A program made the position numbers and the translations under genes. DNA of 64,000 nucleotides, taken from contig CANCJF010000001.1 in assembly GCA_947378245.1 (NCBI GenBank), forward strand, positions 2,668 to 66,667, given 5' to 3'. The stretch comes from Bacteroidota bacterium (GTDB taxonomy: Bacteria > Bacteroidota > Bacteroidia > Flavobacteriales_D > Crocinitomicaceae). The notes beneath the pieces are model-generated. The model was not told the DNA's origin. It ran no database searches and saw only the letters and a program-made list of their open reading frames with translations. Positions within the stretch are counted from its first letter, which is position 1; each line of letters begins with the position of its first letter. This document shows, piece after piece, positions 45,661 to 54,744 of the stretch.

Positions 45661-45975
45661 ATGATATTATATAATGTTACAGTAAGCATCGATCAACAAA
45701 TTGAAAAAGAATGGTTGGCTTGGATGCGCGCTACGCACATACCAGAGGTGTTGCAAAGCGGTTGTTTTTTAGAAAGTAAAATTTCAAGAATACATGGAGA
45801 AGAAGATGGAGGAGTAACCTATTCAATTATGTACACGAGTCCTACGCAAGAAAAATATGATGAGTACCAACGGGATTATGCACCACGTTTGCAAAAAGAC
45901 CACACCGAAAAATACCAAGGAAAATTCGCAGCATTCCGTACATTATTAACGGTTGTTGAACACTTTACCGTTTAA
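45661..45975 (+). CDS. DUF4286 family protein
   Basis: MILYNVTVSIDQQIEKEWLAWMRATHIPEVL...GGVTYSIMYTS...FAAFRT.... A TAATTTTG -7-like motif at 45648-45655 lies inside the TTG-extended track ORF. Confidence 0.7.
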   Translation: MILYNVTVSIDQQIEKEWLAWMRATHIPEVLQSGCFLESKISRIHGEEDGGVTYSIMYTSPTQEKYDEYQRDYAPRLQKDHTEKYQGKFAAFRTLLTVVEHFTV

Positions 45976-46760
45976 TGTCAGTTAAAGCTAAAAAGCATTT
46001 AGGTCAACATTTCTTGATCGATAAAAATGTAAGTAAACGTATTGCTCAACAATTCGGCGGATTTAATGATTGCCGTAAAGTGTTGGAAATTGGACCTGGA
46101 ATGGGGGCGTTAACAGTCTTTCTTTTAGAAGAAGAAAAAAATGATTTATGGGCTATGGATGTCGATAGAGATTCAATAGCCTATCTTCATGAACATTTCC
46201 CTCAATTAAAGGATAAAATTTTTGAAGCAGACTTTTTAAAAGCTAACCTTGCCTCGTTTTTTGGAGATCAACCATTCGCTGTAGTTGGTAACTTTCCATA
46301 TAATATTTCTTCTCAAATTTTATTTCGTTGTTTAGAATATCGAAATCAGATTCCTGAAATTATGGGAATGTTTCAAAAAGAAGTTGCAGAACGTATAGCT
46401 GTAAAACCTGGAACTAAGACCTATGGCATCATTAGTGTTTTATTACAAACCTTTTATGATATCACGTATTGTTTTACGGTGGACGAGCATGTATTTAATC
46501 CTCCTCCAAAAGTAAAATCAGGTGTGATTCGGTTGACTAGAAATAACAGAGATAAACTACCTTGTGATGAAAAGTTTTTTATTCAAGTAGTTAAAGCATG
46601 TTTCAATCAACGAAGAAAAATGATACGAAATTCAGTTAAACCATTTTTATTAGGAAATGTGGTAGAGCATCGATTTTTAGAAACACGACCTGAAAGGTTA
46701 TCCGTAGATGATTTTATCGAATTGACGTTGTTGTTGGAAGGATTAAAACCGGTGGAATAA
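45975..46760 (+). CDS. rsmA: 16S rRNA (adenine1518/1519-N6)-dimethyltransferase
   Basis: ...KKHLGQHFL.D.N..., SAM motif VLEIGPGMGALT, ...VVGNFPYNISS.... ATG overlaps the upstream stop (TAATG). Confidence 0.93.
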   Translation: MSVKAKKHLGQHFLIDKNVSKRIAQQFGGFNDCRKVLEIGPGMGALTVFLLEEEKNDLWAMDVDRDSIAYLHEHFPQLKDKIFEADFLKANLASFFGDQPFAVVGNFPYNISSQILFRCLEYRNQIPEIMGMFQKEVAERIAVKPGTKTYGIISVLLQTFYDITYCFTVDEHVFNPPPKVKSGVIRLTRNNRDKLPCDEKFFIQVVKACFNQRRKMIRNSVKPFLLGNVVEHRFLETRPERLSVDDFIELTLLLEGLKPVE

Positions 46761-46765
46761 ATATG

Positions 46766-46816
46766 TTTTTGTGTTTTGTAGGGATGTACATGATACATCC
46801 CTACAAAACACAAAAA
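46766..46816. terminator. Bidirectional terminator / palindromic repeat (23-bp stem, GTAGGGATGTA family)
   Basis: TTTTTGTGTTTTGTAGGGATGTA-CATGA-TACATCCCTACAAAACACAAAAA between convergent rsmA and purN. A partial extra copy ACATCCCTACAT overlaps the purN stop. Confidence 0.8.
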
Positions 46817-46823
46817 AACATCC

Positions 46824-47399
46824 CTACATATCCAAAATTTCACGTTCAATTGTTGGCGCAAAATGTTGGTGTTCCAATTGATGGACCTTTTCCTGAATGG
46901 CTTCAACAGTATCATCGATTTGGATTGGAACGGAAAATTGCGCAATGATTCGTCCCGAATCAAATTCTTCCGAGACATAATGAATAGAGATACCTGTTTC
47001 CTTTTCATGAGCAGCTATTACAGCTTCATGCACAAACTTACCATACATACCTGCACCGCCAAATTTTGGAAGTAAAGATGGGTGAATATTGATAATTTTT
47101 TCAGGATAAAAAGCTATTAGCGTATCTGGAATTTTACGTAAAAACCCTGCTAAAATAATATAATCAATGTCTTGACTTTTACAAAGATTAACTAAATAAC
47201 TTTCATCCTCAACCTGTTGATTGTTACAGATAATTAAAGAAACTCCCAACGACTTTGCTTTTTCAACAATAGGTGCGTGTGATTTATTAGATAAAACAAA
47301 AACAATCTCTACAGCTGAATGATGTTCAAAATACCGAATGATTGTTTCAGCATTTGAACCTGTTCCAGAAGCAAAAAGCGCAATTTTAATAGGTTTCAT
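46824..47399 (-). CDS. purN: Phosphoribosylglycinamide formyltransferase
   Basis: ...IALFASGTGSNAE..., ...ILAGFLRKIP..., ...INIHPSLLPKFGG.GMYG..VHEAV... Confidence 0.93.
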   Translation of the reverse strand: MKPIKIALFASGTGSNAETIIRYFEHHSAVEIVFVLSNKSHAPIVEKAKSLGVSLIICNNQQVEDESYLVNLCKSQDIDYIILAGFLRKIPDTLIAFYPEKIINIHPSLLPKFGGAGMYGKFVHEAVIAAHEKETGISIHYVSEEFDSGRIIAQFSVPIQIDDTVEAIQEKVHQLEHQHFAPTIEREILDM

Positions 47400-47581
47400 G
47401 CAACAAAGTTAAAACTAATTTATTGTTATAAAAATGAAAAAATACTTTTAATTAAATTTCTGTAATACAATTGATTATGTTTAATTTGTGATACTTTGAG
47501 ATAATTAAATTCGTAATTATTTTGTTTTTTACTCCATATATTCTTTCTTTGCAAGCTGAATTAATCATTAAATTAAAAAAG

Positions 47582-47818
47582 ATGTCTGAAATCAAATCAA
47601 AAGTAATATCCATTATCGTAGATAAATTGGGTGTTGAAGAAAGCGAAGTAACAAACGAAGCAAGCTTCACAAACGATCTAGGTGCTGATTCACTAGATAC
47701 AGTAGAATTGATTATGGAATTTGAAAAAGAATTTAACATCGCTATTCCAGACGATCAAGCTGAAACTATTCAAACTGTAGGTGACGCTGTTTCTTATATC
47801 GAGAAAAACGTAAACTAA
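47582..47818 (+). CDS. acpP: Acyl carrier protein
   Basis: 78 aa with the phosphopantetheine site [19 protein letters not shown] at 47582 (the track ORF is extended upstream). Confidence 0.96.
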   Translation: MSEIKSKVISIIVDKLGVEESEVTNEASFTNDLGADSLDTVELIMEFEKEFNIAIPDDQAETIQTVGDAVSYIEKNVN

Positions 47819-47851
47819 TAAAAACGTATTAACAAACAAAAGACATTCTGT

Positions 47852-49105
47852 ATGGAATTAAAGAGAGTTGTTGTAACAGGTTTAGGTGCTCTTACCCCAA
47901 TTGGTAACACAGTTACTGAGTATTGGGATGCTTTATTGGCAGGTAAAAGTGGAGCAGCAATTATTCAGCAGTTCGATGCGTCTTTGTTTAAAACACAATT
48001 TGCGTGCGAAGTGAAAAACTTCAATGCGGAAGATTTTATCGACCGTAAAGAAGCACGTAAAATGGACCAATTTGCTCAGTATGCTATGGTTTCAGCTTCT
48101 GAAGCCGTAGCAGACTCGGGTTTATTAGATTCAAATCCAAATTTTGATAAAATTGGTGTGGTTTGGGGTTCTGGAATCGGAGGATTAAAAACGTTTCAAG
48201 ATGAAGCAGAAAATTTCTTCGGTGGTGATGGTACACCTAAATTCAATCCTTTCTTTATCCCAAAAATGATCTCCGACATTGCTGCGGGATTAATTTCTAT
48301 TAAATATGGTTTCCGTGGGCCAAACTACGTAACTGTTTCTGCATGTGCTTCTGCAAGTAACGCAATTATTGATGCATTCAATTTAATTCGTTTAGGTAAA
48401 GCTCACGCAATTGTTACTGGTGGTTCGGAAGCAGGTGTAAACCAAATGGGAATGGGTGGATTCAATGGTTTAAAAGCATTGTCTACACGTAATGATTCTC
48501 CAGAGACTGCTTCTCGCCCTTTTGATGCTGACCGTGATGGTTTTGTATTAGGAGAAGGTGCTGGCGCCATTATATTAGAAGAATATGAGCACGCTGTTAA
48601 AAGAGGTGCTAAAATTTATGCAGAAATTGCAGGAGGTGGACTTTCCGCTGACGCATACCACATGACTGCACCTCACCCAGAAGGTATTGGAGCACGTAAT
48701 GTAATGATTTCTGCTTTAGAAGATGCTGAAATGCAGCCAGAAGAGGTTGATTACATCAACGTTCACGGGACTTCTACACCATTAGGTGACATTGCTGAAA
48801 CAAAAGCAATTGCTCAAGTTTTTGGAGAACATGCTTACAACTTAAATATTAGCTCAACTAAATCAATGACTGGTCACTTATTGGGTGCTGCTGGTGCCAT
48901 TGAAGCGATTGCTTGTATTTTAGCGGTTAAGAATGACATTGTTCCTCCAACGATCAATCACTTTACAGATGATCCAGAATTAGATAACAAGTTAAACTTT
49001 ACATTTCATACTCCTCAAGAGAGAACTGTAAATGTTGCTATATCTAATACATTCGGATTTGGTGGCCATAATACATCAGTGATTGTGAAAAAATTCAAAG
49101 GATAA
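47852..49105 (+). CDS. fabF: 3-oxoacyl-ACP synthase II
   Basis: Active-site ...VSACASASNAI..., ...NVHGTSTPLGD..., ...KSMTGHLLGAAG...; 417 aa. Confidence 0.96.
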   Translation: MELKRVVVTGLGALTPIGNTVTEYWDALLAGKSGAAIIQQFDASLFKTQFACEVKNFNAEDFIDRKEARKMDQFAQYAMVSASEAVADSGLLDSNPNFDKIGVVWGSGIGGLKTFQDEAENFFGGDGTPKFNPFFIPKMISDIAAGLISIKYGFRGPNYVTVSACASASNAIIDAFNLIRLGKAHAIVTGGSEAGVNQMGMGGFNGLKALSTRNDSPETASRPFDADRDGFVLGEGAGAIILEEYEHAVKRGAKIYAEIAGGGLSADAYHMTAPHPEGIGARNVMISALEDAEMQPEEVDYINVHGTSTPLGDIAETKAIAQVFGEHAYNLNISSTKSMTGHLLGAAGAIEAIACILAVKNDIVPPTINHFTDDPELDNKLNFTFHTPQERTVNVAISNTFGFGGHNTSVIVKKFKG

Positions 49106-49110
49106 TCTCT

Positions 49111-49833
49111 TTGTTTCGTAATCTTTTTACAAGTTCTCAAAAACGTTCGGAAGACGAGTTACGTTTAACTCGTTTTATGATTGATCAATTTGGTTACCGA
49201 CCGAAAGATATTTCTTATTTCAAAGTCGCAGTTACACATAAATCTGTGCTAAATAAAGGACATTATTTAGAATCTAACGAACGTTTAGAATTTTTAGGGG
49301 ATTCTATCTTAGGTTCTGTAATTGCAGAATGGTTATACCTAAAATTCCCTAATGAAGATGAAGGTTATTTAACACAATTGAAATCTAAGATTGTTAGCCG
49401 TAAAATTCTATCTGAAATTGCTGAAAAACTAAAAGTTCGTACAGTTATAAATTACCAAGAAGGTAGATCAATGAATATCTCAACGATAGAGGGAAATTGT
49501 ATTGAAGCACTTTTTGGAGCAATGTATTTAGACGGAGGTTTTGAAGCTGTGAAAACAAGTATTACCAAATTTATTTTTGGTAAGTATGTAGATGTAAAAA
49601 AATTATTAGCCGAAGAAATTGACTTTAAATCGAAACTATTGATTCTTTGTCAACGAAACCGTTGGGAGTTGGATTTCAAAATCATAAATGAAAACCAAGC
49701 CCCAAATAATCACACATACGAAATCGTTGTTTATATAAATAACGAAAACTATGGAAGTGGTTCTGCAAATTCTAAAAAAGAGGCAGAACAAATTGCTTCA
49801 AAATTAGCGCTTCAAAAAATTGAAAACCTCTAG
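49111..49833 (+). CDS. rnc: Ribonuclease III
   Basis: Signature NERLEFLGDSIL and a C-terminal dsRBD (...GSGSANSKKEAEQIASKLAL...). TTG start; the first in-frame ATG at 49177 would remove about 22 residues of the N-terminal leader. Confidence 0.9.
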   Translation: MFRNLFTSSQKRSEDELRLTRFMIDQFGYRPKDISYFKVAVTHKSVLNKGHYLESNERLEFLGDSILGSVIAEWLYLKFPNEDEGYLTQLKSKIVSRKILSEIAEKLKVRTVINYQEGRSMNISTIEGNCIEALFGAMYLDGGFEAVKTSITKFIFGKYVDVKKLLAEEIDFKSKLLILCQRNRWELDFKIINENQAPNNHTYEIVVYINNENYGSGSANSKKEAEQIASKLALQKIENL

Positions 49834-49840
49834 CTAATTA

Positions 49841-50431
49841 CTACCTATCTCTAGAAATATCTGTGTTTAAAATAAAGAATGAAAATTCTTCATTCACTTT
49901 TTCAAAATAATAGCTGAAAGGAGCTTCTGATTTTCGAGCAATATCAATCAATCCTAAACCTGCACCTCCTCGTTCTGAAATAGAAGTGTCTTTTAACGTA
50001 AATTTGTATAATTCGTTCAAACCATCTTGATCCATAAGATTTAGGTTGTCAAGAATATATGCCATGCGCTCTACTTTGGAATTTAATATTAAGTTTCCTG
50101 AAGAAACGAAATAATGGTCTTTTTTCTTACCAACAATAAAAATTCCCGATTTCATAAAATGACCTTTTTGATCATTATCCATCTCAATAGTATCGCTGTC
50201 AGTGTGTTTTACAATGTTTTGTAAATATTCAACCATCACGTGATATACAATTTTTTTAACTTTTTTATTAGACTCGTTTTGTGCAAGTCTACGTTCAGTT
50301 AACGTTGTAAATGCCATCAATATATCTTGAGAAACAATCCCATCGTAGGATAAAATTATTTTTTCATCATTCATTAATTTACTAAAGTCAATGACAAACT
50401 GAAGGAAATCTTTTGGAATTGAAGCGTTCAT
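49841..50431 (-). CDS. SiaB-like / HATPase-fold (RsbW-type) small protein kinase family
   Basis: 196 aa; ...KKIVYHVMVEYLQNIVKH... (N-box-like) and ...ERGGAGLGLIDIARKS... (G-box-like). Resembles Bacteroidota SiaB family/DUF6272 proteins. Confidence 0.5.
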   Translation of the reverse strand: MNASIPKDFLQFVIDFSKLMNDEKIILSYDGIVSQDILMAFTTLTERRLAQNESNKKVKKIVYHVMVEYLQNIVKHTDSDTIEMDNDQKGHFMKSGIFIVGKKKDHYFVSSGNLILNSKVERMAYILDNLNLMDQDGLNELYKFTLKDTSISERGGAGLGLIDIARKSEAPFSYYFEKVNEEFSFFILNTDISRDR

Positions 50432-50612
50432 GATCTGAAGTTTTTAATTTCTTTAAATTAGATTTAATTTTTGACATAATCAATAAATATGAAATTAAAT
50501 TTACTTTATCTCTTTTTATATATTGTGAATTTGAAACCGAATGTTATTAATTCATATCTTTAATTTAACAGTAGCAATAGATTAAAAAGTGTAATTTTAT
50601 TTCTAAGAATAC

Positions 50613-51044
50613 ATGAGTAAAAAGAAAAAACATACTTTAGATTTTGAAGTCGATTACGATTACGATATGATTGGTATCTGCTCGCCAAATAATGATTATC
50701 GTATTGTTTGGGCGATGAATGAATTACTGAATATTCGCTTAGAAAAATCTGTAGAGTTTTTTATCATTGTTAATCAAAAGGGTGAGAAGAAATCAGAACA
50801 TCCTTTTTATCAATTTTCAGATGAAGAAAATTTTTTAGAGTTGTTTTTCATTAAAAATAAATTTGAAGGGAAATACTTAATCCCTGAGAATAAACAAATT
50901 GATTATTTTTTCTTTTTATTACATAATCAGTTATATAAGTTGCCAGATTTAATCACTAAATTGAAAACAATAACAACAATCCATGGCGCCTATGAATTTG
51001 ACCCAACAGACTTCGCGTCCACTGAATTAATAATATTTGAATAA
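50613..51044 (+). CDS. IPExxxVDY family protein (conserved Bacteroidota protein usually upstream of pyk)
   Basis: N-terminus ...DFEVDYDYDMIGICSPNNDYRIVWAMNELLNIRLEK... matches my recollection of this family. Sits directly upstream of pyk, 1 nt between its stop and the pyk ATG. Confidence 0.5.
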   Translation: MSKKKKHTLDFEVDYDYDMIGICSPNNDYRIVWAMNELLNIRLEKSVEFFIIVNQKGEKKSEHPFYQFSDEENFLELFFIKNKFEGKYLIPENKQIDYFFFLLHNQLYKLPDLITKLKTITTIHGAYEFDPTDFASTELIIFE

Positions 51045-51045
51045 T

Positions 51046-52464
51046 ATGAAAAAAACAAAAATAATAGCAACAATAGGACCTGCTTCATCTGAGCGTGAAG
51101 TGTTAAAACAAATGATCCTTGAAGGAGTAAATGTTTGTAGATTAAACTTTTCACACGGAGCTTATGAACAACATGAGGAAGCAATTAAATTAATTCGTTC
51201 ATTAAACGAAGAATTAAACGTTAATACGGCAATTTTAGTTGATTTACAAGGACCAAAAATTCGTGTAGACGAAGTAGAAAATAATGGGATATTACTAGAG
51301 AAAGACCATATTATTACTGTTACAACGGATAAATGTATTGGGACTTCAAACCACATTTCTATCAATTACAAAGATCTTCCAAAAGATGTAAAAGTAGGAG
51401 AGAAGATTCTACTAGATGATGGTAAATTATGTTTAGAAATTGTTGAAACGAATGGTGTAGACAAGGTTAGTTGTAAAGTTATTCATGGTGGAATATTATC
51501 TTCCAAAAAAGGAGTAAATCTACCAAATACTAAAATTTCTTTACCATCTTTAACCATTAAAGATAGAGCTGATTTAGAATTTGCTTTGGAACAAAATGTG
51601 GATTGGGTAGGATTATCATTTGTAAGAAACGCGCGTGATATTATCGAATTAAAACACATTATTGCTGAAAAAGGAGCAAAAGCAAAGGTTATTGCAAAAA
51701 TTGAAAAACCAGAAGCCATTGATGATATCGATGAAATCATTGCTGCAAGTGATGGTTTGATGGTTGCGCGTGGAGATTTAGGTGTTGAAGTTCCCTTTCA
51801 AAATGTTCCTTTGATTCAAAAGATGTTGATTAAGAAGTGTATGGAACATGCAAAACCAATCATTGTAGCCACTCAAATGATGGAAAGTATGATTTCTAAT
51901 GCATCTCCTACTCGTGCGGAGGTTAACGACGTTGCAAATGCTGTATTAGATGGCACTGATGGTGTTATGCTTTCTGGAGAAACCTCTGTCGGTGCTTATC
52001 CAATAGAAACGATACGCGCCATGTCTAACATTATTAAAGAAATGGAAACTTTTGAAGGAATTTACCACAAAGAAGTTTCTCCAAGTAAAACAAACCCACG
52101 TTTTATTTCTGATTCTATTTGTTTTAATGCTTGTCGTTTAGAACAAAGAGTAGATGCAGACGCTATAATCACCATGACTTTTTCAGGCTATACAGCTTAT
52201 AAAATCGCATCACAACGACCAAAAGCACCTGTTTATGTATTTACATCTAACGAGCAAATTTTAACACAATTGAACTTAGTATGGGGTGTTAAAGCGTTTT
52301 ATTATGATAAGCATTACAGTACAGATCACACGATTGCTGATATCAAGTATATTCTTCGTAAAGAAGGCTTATTGAAAAATGGAGATCTAGTCATAAATAT
52401 TGCTGCAATTCCATTGGAAGAAGATGGTAAAACAAATATGTTGAAATTAAGTTACGTGGAATAA
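51046..52464 (+). CDS. pyk: Pyruvate kinase
   Basis: MKKTKIIATIGPAS..., ...NFSHG..., ...MVARGDLGVE..., ...TQMMESM..., ...MLSGETS... Confidence 0.96.
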   Translation: MKKTKIIATIGPASSEREVLKQMILEGVNVCRLNFSHGAYEQHEEAIKLIRSLNEELNVNTAILVDLQGPKIRVDEVENNGILLEKDHIITVTTDKCIGTSNHISINYKDLPKDVKVGEKILLDDGKLCLEIVETNGVDKVSCKVIHGGILSSKKGVNLPNTKISLPSLTIKDRADLEFALEQNVDWVGLSFVRNARDIIELKHIIAEKGAKAKVIAKIEKPEAIDDIDEIIAASDGLMVARGDLGVEVPFQNVPLIQKMLIKKCMEHAKPIIVATQMMESMISNASPTRAEVNDVANAVLDGTDGVMLSGETSVGAYPIETIRAMSNIIKEMETFEGIYHKEVSPSKTNPRFISDSICFNACRLEQRVDADAIITMTFSGYTAYKIASQRPKAPVYVFTSNEQILTQLNLVWGVKAFYYDKHYSTDHTIADIKYILRKEGLLKNGDLVINIAAIPLEEDGKTNMLKLSYVE

Positions 52465-52485
52465 TTCACCAATTATAACGCATAA

Positions 52486-52518
52486 AAAAGGGCGATTTCA
52501 ACTAGAAATCGCCCTTTT
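52486..52518. terminator. Bidirectional terminator (14-bp stem with A/T runs)
   Basis: AAAAGGGCGATTTC-AACTA-GAAATCGCCCTTTT between convergent pyk and kbl. Confidence 0.85.
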
Positions 52519-52536
52519 ACTTTTAAGTTTAAAGTA

Positions 52537-53727
52537 CTATTTGATAACACCCAATTCTTTTCCAACTTTGATAAAAGCAGCAATTGCTTTATCTAAATCT
52601 TCAATGGAATGGGCAGCAGAAATCTGTGTACGTATACGTGCAGCTCCTTTAGCTACTACTGGATAAAAGAATCCGATTGCATATACACCTTCTTTCAATA
52701 ATAAATCTGCAAATTTCTGAGAAAGTGCTGCATCATATAGCATAATTGGAATAATCGGCGAATCTCCTGGTTTAATATCAAATCCTGCTTCAACGATTTT
52801 ATCTTTAAAATATTTAGTGTTTGATTCTAATTTGTCACGTAATTCAGTAGTTGAACTTAAAATATCAAATACTTTGATCGATGCACCAACAATTGCTGGA
52901 GATAATGAATTAGAGAACAAGTATGGACGAGAACGTTGACGTAACATTTCAATAATTTCTTTTTTCCCTGTAGTATAACCACCCATTGCTCCTCCTAATG
53001 CCTTCCCTAATGTACCAGTAATGATATCTACACGATCCATTACATTGCAATATTCAGGAACACCACGACCAGTTTTACCAATAAATCCAGCAGAGTGACA
53101 TTCATCCGTCATTACAAGTGCATTGTATTTATCTGCTAAATCGCAAATTTGATCCATTTTAGCAATGTCTCCATCCATAGAGAAAACGCCATCGGTAACA
53201 ATAATACGGAAACGTTGATCTTGTGCAGCAATTAATTGCGCTTCCAAATCCGCCATATCAGAGTGTTTGTATCGGTATCTTTTTGCTTTACATAATCGAA
53301 CTCCATCAATAATTGAAGCGTGATTTAATTCATCTGAAATGATTGCATCTTCTTCTCCAAATAATGGTTCAAAAACACCTCCGTTTGCATCAAATGCAGC
53401 TGCATACAAAATCGTATCTTCTGTACCATAAAAATCGGCAATCTTTTTTTCTAATGTCTTGTGAATATCTTGTGTTCCACAAATGAATCTTACCGATGAC
53501 ATCCCGTAACCATGTGAATCTAACGCATCTTTTGCGCCTTGAATCACAGCTGGGTGAGAAGATAATCCCAAATAATTATTAGCACACATTATCACTACTT
53601 CATCTCCAGAAGAAACGGTTACTTTAGCTCCTTGAGGTGAAGTAATTATACGTTCTTTTTTGAAAATTCCTCCTTCTTCAATTGTTTTTAGCTCGCCTGC
53701 TAAAAAATCTTTCATTTTTCCGTACAT
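52537..53727 (-). CDS. kbl: Glycine C-acetyltransferase (2-amino-3-ketobutyrate CoA ligase)
   Basis: Colinear with E. coli Kbl: ...[14 protein letters not shown]...CANNYLGL...[13 protein letters not shown]...[27 protein letters not shown]... Confidence 0.93.
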   Translation of the reverse strand: MYGKMKDFLAGELKTIEEGGIFKKERIITSPQGAKVTVSSGDEVVIMCANNYLGLSSHPAVIQGAKDALDSHGYGMSSVRFICGTQDIHKTLEKKIADFYGTEDTILYAAAFDANGGVFEPLFGEEDAIISDELNHASIIDGVRLCKAKRYRYKHSDMADLEAQLIAAQDQRFRIIVTDGVFSMDGDIAKMDQICDLADKYNALVMTDECHSAGFIGKTGRGVPEYCNVMDRVDIITGTLGKALGGAMGGYTTGKKEIIEMLRQRSRPYLFSNSLSPAIVGASIKVFDILSSTTELRDKLESNTKYFKDKIVEAGFDIKPGDSPIIPIMLYDAALSQKFADLLLKEGVYAIGFFYPVVAKGAARIRTQISAAHSIEDLDKAIAAFIKVGKELGVIK

Positions 53728-53871
53728 ATTCTATAATTTGTTTGAATCCTGTTTTCTACAAAATTAAAAAAAAACAGATAGTCTAGTTATGGCTTCTTAT
53801 TTAATTATTTAGGATCTATTACAGTTTTAATGATCTACTAAATCTTTTTGCAAATAAATATTTTCATTTGG

Positions 53872-53879
53872 TATCTTTG
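53872..53879 (+). promoter_or_regulatory. Candidate promoter: -7 TATCTTTG with -33 TTTG 21 nt upstream
   Basis: Exact TAnnTTTG ending 20 nt before the ATG at 53900. TTTG at 53847-53850. Confidence 0.45.
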
Positions 53880-53899
53880 CTTAATCAAAATAGAAACAA

Positions 53900-54688
53900 A
53901 TGAATTTAAACTTAGAAAATAAAACCGCATTTGTATGTGGAAGTACACAAGGAATTGGTAAAGCAAGTGCATTAGAAATGGCCTCTATGGGTGCTACAAT
54001 TGTTTTACTTGCGCGAAATGAAGACAAGTTAAAAGCGACCTTGTCTGAATTACCATCACCTGCAGGACAAAAACACAGTTACATAGCTGCTGATTTCTCT
54101 AAACCTACAGAATTAAAAACTGTAGTTGAAAACCATCTTGCTAAAGGTGTAACTTGTCATATCTTAGTAAATAACACTGGAGGTCCAAAAGGAGGTCCAA
54201 TTCGCGAAGCAGGAATCGATGAGTTTTATGATACGTTTACACAACACCTTATTTGTAATCATATTTTAGTTCAGGCATTATACCCTGTGATGAAAGACAA
54301 TGGTTATGGTCGTATTATCAATGTTATTTCTACAAGTGTAAAACAACCTTTACCAAATTTAGGAGTTTCTAATACTATTCGTGGTGCAGTAGCTAGTTGG
54401 AGTAAAACATTAGCAACTGAATTAGCTCCATTTAATATTACAGTTAATAATGTTTTGCCTGGTGCAACAAATACCATTCGTTTGCAAGGAATTGCTGAAG
54501 CTAAATCTGTTAAAACTAACGAAACAATTGAAGATATTTTCGCTGAAATGGCTTCTGAATCCCCAATGGGAAGAATTGCTCAACCAGAAGAGGTTGCGAA
54601 TGCAATTGCATTTTTAGCATCACCAGCCGCAAGCTACATCAATGGCATCAATGTTCCTGTTGATGGAGGAAGAACAAAATCGTTGTAA
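53900..54688 (+). CDS. Short-chain dehydrogenase/reductase family protein (atypical active-site region)
   Basis: Rossmann motif GSTQGIGKA, NNTGG, and ...INVISTS... Where YxxxK is expected the sequence reads SNTIRGAVASWSK. Confidence 0.8.
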   Translation: MNLNLENKTAFVCGSTQGIGKASALEMASMGATIVLLARNEDKLKATLSELPSPAGQKHSYIAADFSKPTELKTVVENHLAKGVTCHILVNNTGGPKGGPIREAGIDEFYDTFTQHLICNHILVQALYPVMKDNGYGRIINVISTSVKQPLPNLGVSNTIRGAVASWSKTLATELAPFNITVNNVLPGATNTIRLQGIAEAKSVKTNETIEDIFAEMASESPMGRIAQPEEVANAIAFLASPAASYINGINVPVDGGRTKSL

Positions 54689-54689
54689 T

Positions 54690-54731
54690 TTTTTTGTAGG
54701 GATGTAGCATGTTACATCCCTACAAAAAAAT
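54690..54731. terminator. Bidirectional terminator / palindromic repeat (GTAGGGATGTA family)
   Basis: TTTTTTTGTAGGGATGTA-GCATGT-TACATCCCTACAAAAAAA between the convergent SDR gene and rodA. Confidence 0.8.
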
Positions 54732-54744
54732 TAAAGACATAAAA

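Noticed and set aside
46607-47008. 133-aa minus-strand ORF and 61-aa plus-strand ORF (46763-46948) spanning the rsmA/purN junction
   Set aside because: They read straight through the 23-bp palindromic terminator, which gives mirror-image peptides FLCFVGMY..HPYKTQK on both strands, and they overlap the conserved ends of rsmA and purN.
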